From positions 1 through 29,144 of the IMG/VR virus record IMGVR_UViG_3300032330_001133: a DNA stretch of 29,144 nt. One strand, given 5' to 3'. Shown one piece after another: positions 24,874-29,144 of this stretch. The notes under the pieces are model-generated. The model worked only from the letters and a program-made list of their open reading frames with translations, was not told where the DNA came from and did not search any database. Within the stretch, counting starts at the first letter, position 1. The number at the start of each line of letters is the position of its first letter. The DNA is from a virus (lineage: Duplodnaviria > Caudoviricetes). The position numbers and the translations under genes were made by a program.

Positions 24874-25500
24874 TTATGCTATTCGTTTCATTTCTTTATG
24901 ACGAATATGTAAAACAATGCTGGCTCTTTCTCCAGAAACAACATTTTCAACTGAGTGTGAAGTATATCCATCAAAAAATATTAAAGATCCAGTTTTTGGA
25001 CTGTACGATATTGGATTGTCTAATTCTAGATTCTCATAAAAGGTGACCTTTCCACCTTCATACTGATCGTTTAAATATAAAACTGCTGTATAGATTTTGC
25101 CACCCTCGCCCCAATGGTCACAATGTGGATTTTGCCCATTTTCTCCAACTTTATCAGAGCCAAAGCCTGTGCCAATTTTTTCTACTCCAAAGCATTTATA
25201 ATGTGAGGTCTCATATATTATTTCTGAATCTCTAAAGCCAAATACATTACACATGCTCTTACCAATTAAATTAAATAAATCATATATTAAAGAGTCTTGC
25301 GTTCCTTCATTCTTAAAATAGTTTAATAGGGAAAAAATTTCTGGGGTCCAGCCCATACAAACAGCATTGGATCCGCTATCTTCGTTTACATGAATTATAC
25401 ATTTACCATCTGGATCTAGTAAATTAGATTCTTTCATATAAGTATTTATATATTCACAAGTTTCCTTGCTAATAAAATTTTCAATTATTTGTGGTTTCAT
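24874..25500 (-). CDS. 2OG-Fe(II) oxygenase
   Basis: HCD, YLNDQYEGG, HSVENVVSGER. Confidence 0.87.
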   Translation of the reverse strand: MKPQIIENFISKETCEYINTYMKESNLLDPDGKCIIHVNEDSGSNAVCMGWTPEIFSLLNYFKNEGTQDSLIYDLFNLIGKSMCNVFGFRDSEIIYETSHYKCFGVEKIGTGFGSDKVGENGQNPHCDHWGEGGKIYTAVLYLNDQYEGGKVTFYENLELDNPISYSPKTGSLIFFDGYTSHSVENVVSGERASIVLHIRHKEMKRIA

Positions 25501-26026
25501 TTATATCTCCTTTTACATCAAAAAATAGAATGATGTTGGCTCTTTCGCCAGATATTACTTTGTTGACTGAGTGTGGATAATTTTCATCACCCTTAAAATA
25601 GATTAACGTACCTAATTCTGGTTTATACGAGGTTGGGGTATTGTCATCATAGAATAATATTTCTCCGCCCTCATAATCATCTGTTAAATATAGCAAGGCT
25701 GAGTAGCCTATAACACCATAACCATCTACCCCGCCGTAGGCATCTGTATGGTATCCAAGCTCTTCACCCTCACGCAACACCTGATACAGCACTCTATTGA
25801 TAGATATCTGTTCTTTAGGAAAGCCAAACTGTTCTTGAATGGAATAAACTATCGACTCAATGCTACTATAAACTTCTTGTTCTGGCTCATATATAAATTG
25901 ATTAAAGGGATATAGCATTTTGCTAAGCACTCCCATAGGATTAACCTCAACCTTTGATCTTAAAAATGAATGAAGATCTTTAGCCAATTCTTTTGAAATA
26001 AATTCATTAATTGCCGTAGGTTGCAC
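25481..26026 (-). CDS. 2OG-Fe(II) oxygenase
   Basis: HTD, YLTDDYEGGEI, HSVNKVISGER; GTG start with AAGGAG SD. Confidence 0.87.
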   Translation of the reverse strand: MQPTAINEFISKELAKDLHSFLRSKVEVNPMGVLSKMLYPFNQFIYEPEQEVYSSIESIVYSIQEQFGFPKEQISINRVLYQVLREGEELGYHTDAYGGVDGYGVIGYSALLYLTDDYEGGEILFYDDNTPTSYKPELGTLIYFKGDENYPHSVNKVISGERANIILFFDVKGDINETTNN

Positions 26027-26040
26027 TTTATCTCCTTGTT

Positions 26041-26322
26041 TTAACTTACTTTAATAAATCTATGGTCTATATCACCATGTGTATTTATTGGACTGTATGA
26101 GTCATAGTCTATTTTATCATCTTTTCGCCAATGAATAAAGGACTTAATATATACTGCAGCATATGCTAAAGCCATAGCTATAAAGCCGTATTGCCCCGTA
26201 GCAAGGGCGTAGGCGATCCAGAGGCACTCGTTGACACATAGTATCAGCCAACCCCAGATAGTCTTTCTACCGACCAGGAATATACCAGTTACACCTATTA
26301 CAGCTAATACCCAAGACCACAT
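26041..26322 (-). CDS. Small 3-TM membrane protein (PnuC/SemiSWEET-like size and pattern)
   Basis: Three hydrophobic segments; GRKTIWGW, LWIAYA...QYGF. Confidence 0.65.
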   Translation of the reverse strand: MWSWVLAVIGVTGIFLVGRKTIWGWLILCVNECLWIAYALATGQYGFIAMALAYAAVYIKSFIHWRKDDKIDYDSYSPINTHGDIDHRFIKVS

Positions 26323-26444
26323 CAGCTGGCTGCATTCAGAGTAAAATGTTTTTGACAGACGCTTATGATGTTCCCAGTATCTTTATCTGGCTGATTATAC
26401 AAAGCTTTAGCATCACAATATTGACACTTAGTCTTCTCTATCAT
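26322..26444 (-). CDS. 40-aa CxxC...CxxH microprotein
   Basis: MIEKTKCQYC...VCQKHF; AAGGAGG SD. Confidence 0.55.
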   Translation of the reverse strand: MIEKTKCQYCDAKALYNQPDKDTGNIISVCQKHFTLNAAS

Positions 26445-26567
26445 CATCTATATCCTCCTTCAGCGTGAACATGCCATCATGCCACACCTTTTTAGCACGG
26501 TCAACAACCGTAAATATTCCAACCCATATGCATATAAAAGAAATAAATAGGAGAAATTCAGACATTA

Positions 26568-26864
26568 TTACCCCTTGATAGCCAATACATTCTTACTTGT
26601 GATAAGAATATACTTCTTGCTATTGTCATCCTCTATCTCGATCCCGCCGTGTTCTGGGAAGTAAACAACATCCCCAACTTTGATCTCAGGTACGGGAATA
26701 ATGTCGCCCTTGTAGTTTTGTTCTCCACCACCAATAGCAACGATAGTTCCTTGGTTTGGACCGTAATCACTAAAGTTTGCAGATATAACTAATCCAGTTG
26801 AAGTTGTTCTGTCTGTCTTTTCAATCTTTTCAATCAAAACCATATTTCCTAAAGGCTTAATCAT
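26568..26864 (-). CDS. groES: Co-chaperonin GroES (Cpn10)
   Basis: MIKPLGNMVLI, TSTGLVI mobile loop, GTIVAIGGG, IKVGDVV, GIEI, VLAI. Confidence 0.9.
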   Translation of the reverse strand: MIKPLGNMVLIEKIEKTDRTTSTGLVISANFSDYGPNQGTIVAIGGGEQNYKGDIIPVPEIKVGDVVYFPEHGGIEIEDDNSKKYILITSKNVLAIKG

Positions 26865-27016
26865 TAATCTATCCAATCAATAGGTATCATTGCGCCACAT
26901 TGTTCACAATAATCGTATCTCATGCCCGTGAATGGGCAGGAGCCAGCATGAGTTAAAACATGCCCTTTAAACTTACACTTAATTACATTAAACCAATTAG
27001 GTTTACTTTGTTCCAT
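26864..27016 (-). CDS. Small Cys-rich protein
   Basis: KCKFKGH...GSCPFTG...CEQC. Confidence 0.6.
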   Translation of the reverse strand: MEQSKPNWFNVIKCKFKGHVLTHAGSCPFTGMRYDYCEQCGAMIPIDWID

Positions 27017-27185
27017 CCTTAGTCCTGATCCATTTACCATATTCGTTAGGCTCATTTGAACCACGATACTCTTGGCCAGTCTCTAAATCAATTAGAAGCC
27101 ATTTGTGTGGAGCTTTAGTATGTATAGTCAAGTCTGTTGCAGACTCATACTCTGGTACTTCGCTACCATCAATTAATTTTCTCAT
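27003..27185 (-). CDS. Hypothetical protein, probably leaderless
   Basis: TATAAT 7 nt before the ATG. Confidence 0.65.
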   Translation of the reverse strand: MRKLIDGSEVPEYESATDLTIHTKAPHKWLLIDLETGQEYRGSNEPNEYGKWIRTKDGTK

Positions 27186-27356
27186 TTATACCATTATACA
27201 ATTTAATTTTAATATAGTCAATTAAAGAATAGGATTATCTAATACTGCATCCATATTATCATCTATATTAGAGTTATGTTCTTTTGAACAATCCCCGCAA
27301 ATTTTACACATATTATTAAATAAATATGGCCCCAATTTAATGAGGCCATATCTATG

Positions 27357-27563
27357 TTATACCTTTTTTGGCCTAGTTTTTTTCTGGCCCAGAGTTGTTT
27401 CTCTTCGAATGCCATGCTTGTTTGTATCGATCTTAGTTGGTGGTCTTACACCAGATCTAAATGTACTTTGAGTTGGCTTCTTTCTTGTTGCACTATTTGA
27501 ATTTACCGCACCTGATGGTTCCGAGTTTGGTGGTGGCGTCATGCCTGTTCCATCCATTGACAT
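27357..27563 (-). CDS. Basic low-complexity protein
   Basis: ORF track; TAATG coupling. Confidence 0.65.
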   Translation of the reverse strand: MSMDGTGMTPPPNSEPSGAVNSNSATRKKPTQSTFRSGVRPPTKIDTNKHGIRRETTLGQKKTRPKKV

Positions 27564-27772
27564 TAATCTATGTCCTCTCCCATTGGGCCTTTCGGCTCTG
27601 CATTTTCATGCATCATTCCTTCTTCTGTTTCTGATCCTAGCATGTTCATTGAATCTGTTCCAAACATATCTGGCTGTGATACAAGTCCTGTTGCTCCTAC
27701 ATCATAAACATTTTGGTTAGGTAGTGGGACTCCCATGAAGTCCTGTCCACCGCATCCACACATTAAGCACAT
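27563..27772 (-). CDS. Hypothetical protein (MCxxCGC start)
   Basis: ORF track. Confidence 0.62.
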   Translation of the reverse strand: MCLMCGCGGQDFMGVPLPNQNVYDVGATGLVSQPDMFGTDSMNMLGSETEEGMMHENAEPKGPMGEDID

Positions 27773-27773
27773 A

Positions 27774-27938
27774 TTACTTACCGTTTGCGCCTAGTCCTGA
27801 GCCATCTTGTGATGACTTGTCTGCAGCTGCTGGGAATGATCCTGTTGCAGGAGACCATGTTCCTGTTTCATTAATTGAGTTAGTTCCTGCTTCACGACGA
27901 TTTGCTGTGAAACCGTCTAAGTTGATACCATCTGTCAT
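27774..27938 (-). CDS. 54-aa Gly/Ala/Thr-rich protein
   Basis: AGGAG SD; MTDGINLDGF...GLGANGK. Confidence 0.62.
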   Translation of the reverse strand: MTDGINLDGFTANRREAGTNSINETGTWSPATGSFPAAADKSSQDGSGLGANGK

Positions 27939-28025
27939 TTTATTTCTCCTATAGGTTTGTTATTTAGATGGGTCTAGAATGCCATCTATGCATCTATTAT
28001 AGCATTTAGTTGATCAAGACTCAGG

Positions 28026-28268
28026 TTACTGGCCGTAGCCTTCAGTTTGCCATATAGAGCCTCTATGCATGGCAGAATACTTGCAAGGGCAGGCTATCCT
28101 AAATGGATGGATAAACTCTAAATTAGTTCTTATGACAATCTGAGTGGCACAGTCTGGGCAAACAAACATAGCGTGTTTCCATGGACCAGCTTGAGGGTTA
28201 TTCTCTTTTAGCTCAGCGTTATATTCGTCGCTAAGCTGTTTAGCTAATTTAAATATATCTTCGCTCAT
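28026..28268 (-). CDS. Hypothetical protein (CPDC...CPC)
   Basis: ORF track. Confidence 0.62.
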   Translation of the reverse strand: MSEDIFKLAKQLSDEYNAELKENNPQAGPWKHAMFVCPDCATQIVIRTNLEFIHPFRIACPCKYSAMHRGSIWQTEGYGQ

Positions 28269-28390
28269 GATTTATACAATCTATTATAACAATCAGCGCA
28301 CATATCTATTATTCCAGTTTCTGGTAAAGATCCAATGTGTTTGGCTGGTTTATTGCAATCTTTTACTTCACATCTGTCTGTTAGCATTAA

Positions 28391-28534
28391 TTACTTTGGG
28401 CCCTTTGCAACCTGGCCTCTGTAGCCAGTCTTCTTCTTATTCATTGATCCAGGCTTTTTATAACCAGCGCCATTTGGAGTTGCAGCAATTCTTTGCTCTA
28501 AAGCCTTTTTAATTTTATCGTTATGCTTTCCCAC
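28391..28534 (-). CDS. 47-aa Lys-rich basic protein
   Basis: GTG start; GKHNDKIKKALEQRIAATPNGAGYKKPGSMNKKKTGYRG... Confidence 0.55.
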   Translation of the reverse strand: MGKHNDKIKKALEQRIAATPNGAGYKKPGSMNKKKTGYRGQVAKGPK

Positions 28535-28633
28535 GCTTACTCTTTTCTTTTATAGTCCATACTGGAAGATTTAGATTATTTAGGCCCAATTCGTATCCAA
28601 GTACCTTGCAAACAAATGCAATAATTTTTATCT

Positions 28634-28852
28634 TCATTTAAGTTTTGATCCAAACTTTGCCCATGCTCTTTCATGCAAAAAGAATCCAACCATTTCGCAT
28701 GTTGTATAAATTAATGCAAACCCACCAGCGTATTCCCAATGGGCCTCGCCAGTAATTGCTTTTTCAAAAAAATAAACTAATGTTCCAACAAAGCTTATAT
28801 GTACTATAGGCCATGTAATAGACTTATACGCACTTCTCTTATTTGATTCCAT
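28634..28852 (-). CDS. DUF2061-like small membrane protein, leaderless
   Basis: MES.KRS..KSITW...FFLHERAW; TAGAAT 6 nt before the ATG. Confidence 0.72.
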   Translation of the reverse strand: MESNKRSAYKSITWPIVHISFVGTLVYFFEKAITGEAHWEYAGGFALIYTTCEMVGFFLHERAWAKFGSKLK

Positions 28853-28877
28853 ATACCTATTCTATCATTTAAATATT

Positions 28878-28908
28878 AAAGGGGCAAGGCCTAAGCCCTG
28901 CCCCTTTA
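28878..28908 (-). terminator. Intrinsic terminator
   Basis: AAAGGGGCA-aggcctaagccc-TGCCCCTTT just after the stop at 28920. Confidence 0.7.
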
Positions 28909-28919
28909 ATTGAAGTTAA

Positions 28920-29144
28920 TTACTTCTTAAGTGCAACCTTAGCTTTTGGATTAGCCTTATTCCACTTAGTTGCAAGAGCGTTGTACTCCGCCTTGTACTT
29001 TGCTGCTGCTGTTGCAATAGCAAGGTCTGATGCTGCCTTTGCAGTAACTGTTGCTGAGTCTGAAGCTGCCTTTGCATCTGCAAGAGCCTTGTCTGCTGCA
29101 ACCTTATCTGCTGCACGACCAGCCTTCTCTGCTGCAAGCTGTGC
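28920..29144 (-). CDS. C-terminus of an Ala/Lys-rich, probably surface-associated protein (partial)
   Basis: AQLAAEKAGRAADKVAADKALADAKAASD...YNALATKWNKANPKAKVALKK*. Confidence 0.75.
   Translation of the reverse strand, partial: AQLAAEKAGRAADKVAADKALADAKAASDSATVTAKAASDLAIATAAAKYKAEYNALATKWNKANPKAKVALKK

Noticed and set aside
28916-29137. Gln-rich 73-aa ORF from the track
   Set aside because: Off-frame reading of GCA-rich Ala codons; the Ala/Lys frame ending at 28920 is the plausible gene.
1-29144. Bacterial chromosome or prophage origin of the window
   Set aside because: No housekeeping operons, integrase or att site; gene density, tiny ORFs and gene content fit a large lytic-type phage.

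Overview
AT-rich segment of a large tailed-phage genome. The host is probably a low-GC freshwater Actinobacterium (inference from leaderless sigmaA-type promoters, an Lsr2-like domain, GACAC/CRP-type boxes and DUF932). There are three blocks. (1) 1-10.7 kb, mostly minus strand: NDP-sugar dehydratase, class II ribonucleotide reductase, glycosyltransferase, secreted transglycosylase, six 2OG-Fe(II) oxygenase genes, tRNA-Ile(UAU) and two candidate small RNAs with their own promoters. (2) 10.8-21.2 kb, all plus strand: an early or host-takeover-like region of small, often acidic ORFs. It carries 15 copies of a strictly spaced TGTCAG-N10-TAnnnT promoter, several inside repeated cassettes that also hold DnaA boxes, CRP-type palindromes and GGCGTGTC motifs. 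(3) A candidate origin at 21.2-21.8 kb, then minus-strand accessory genes (methyltransferase, atypical tRNA-CCG, HNH nuclease, two more oxygenases, GroES). The best candidate for an undescribed system is an ~85-nt sRNA whose hairpin loop UCCGCC is complementary to a GGCGGA motif found just upstream of many phage start codons. All calls come from manual reading; no database searches were run.
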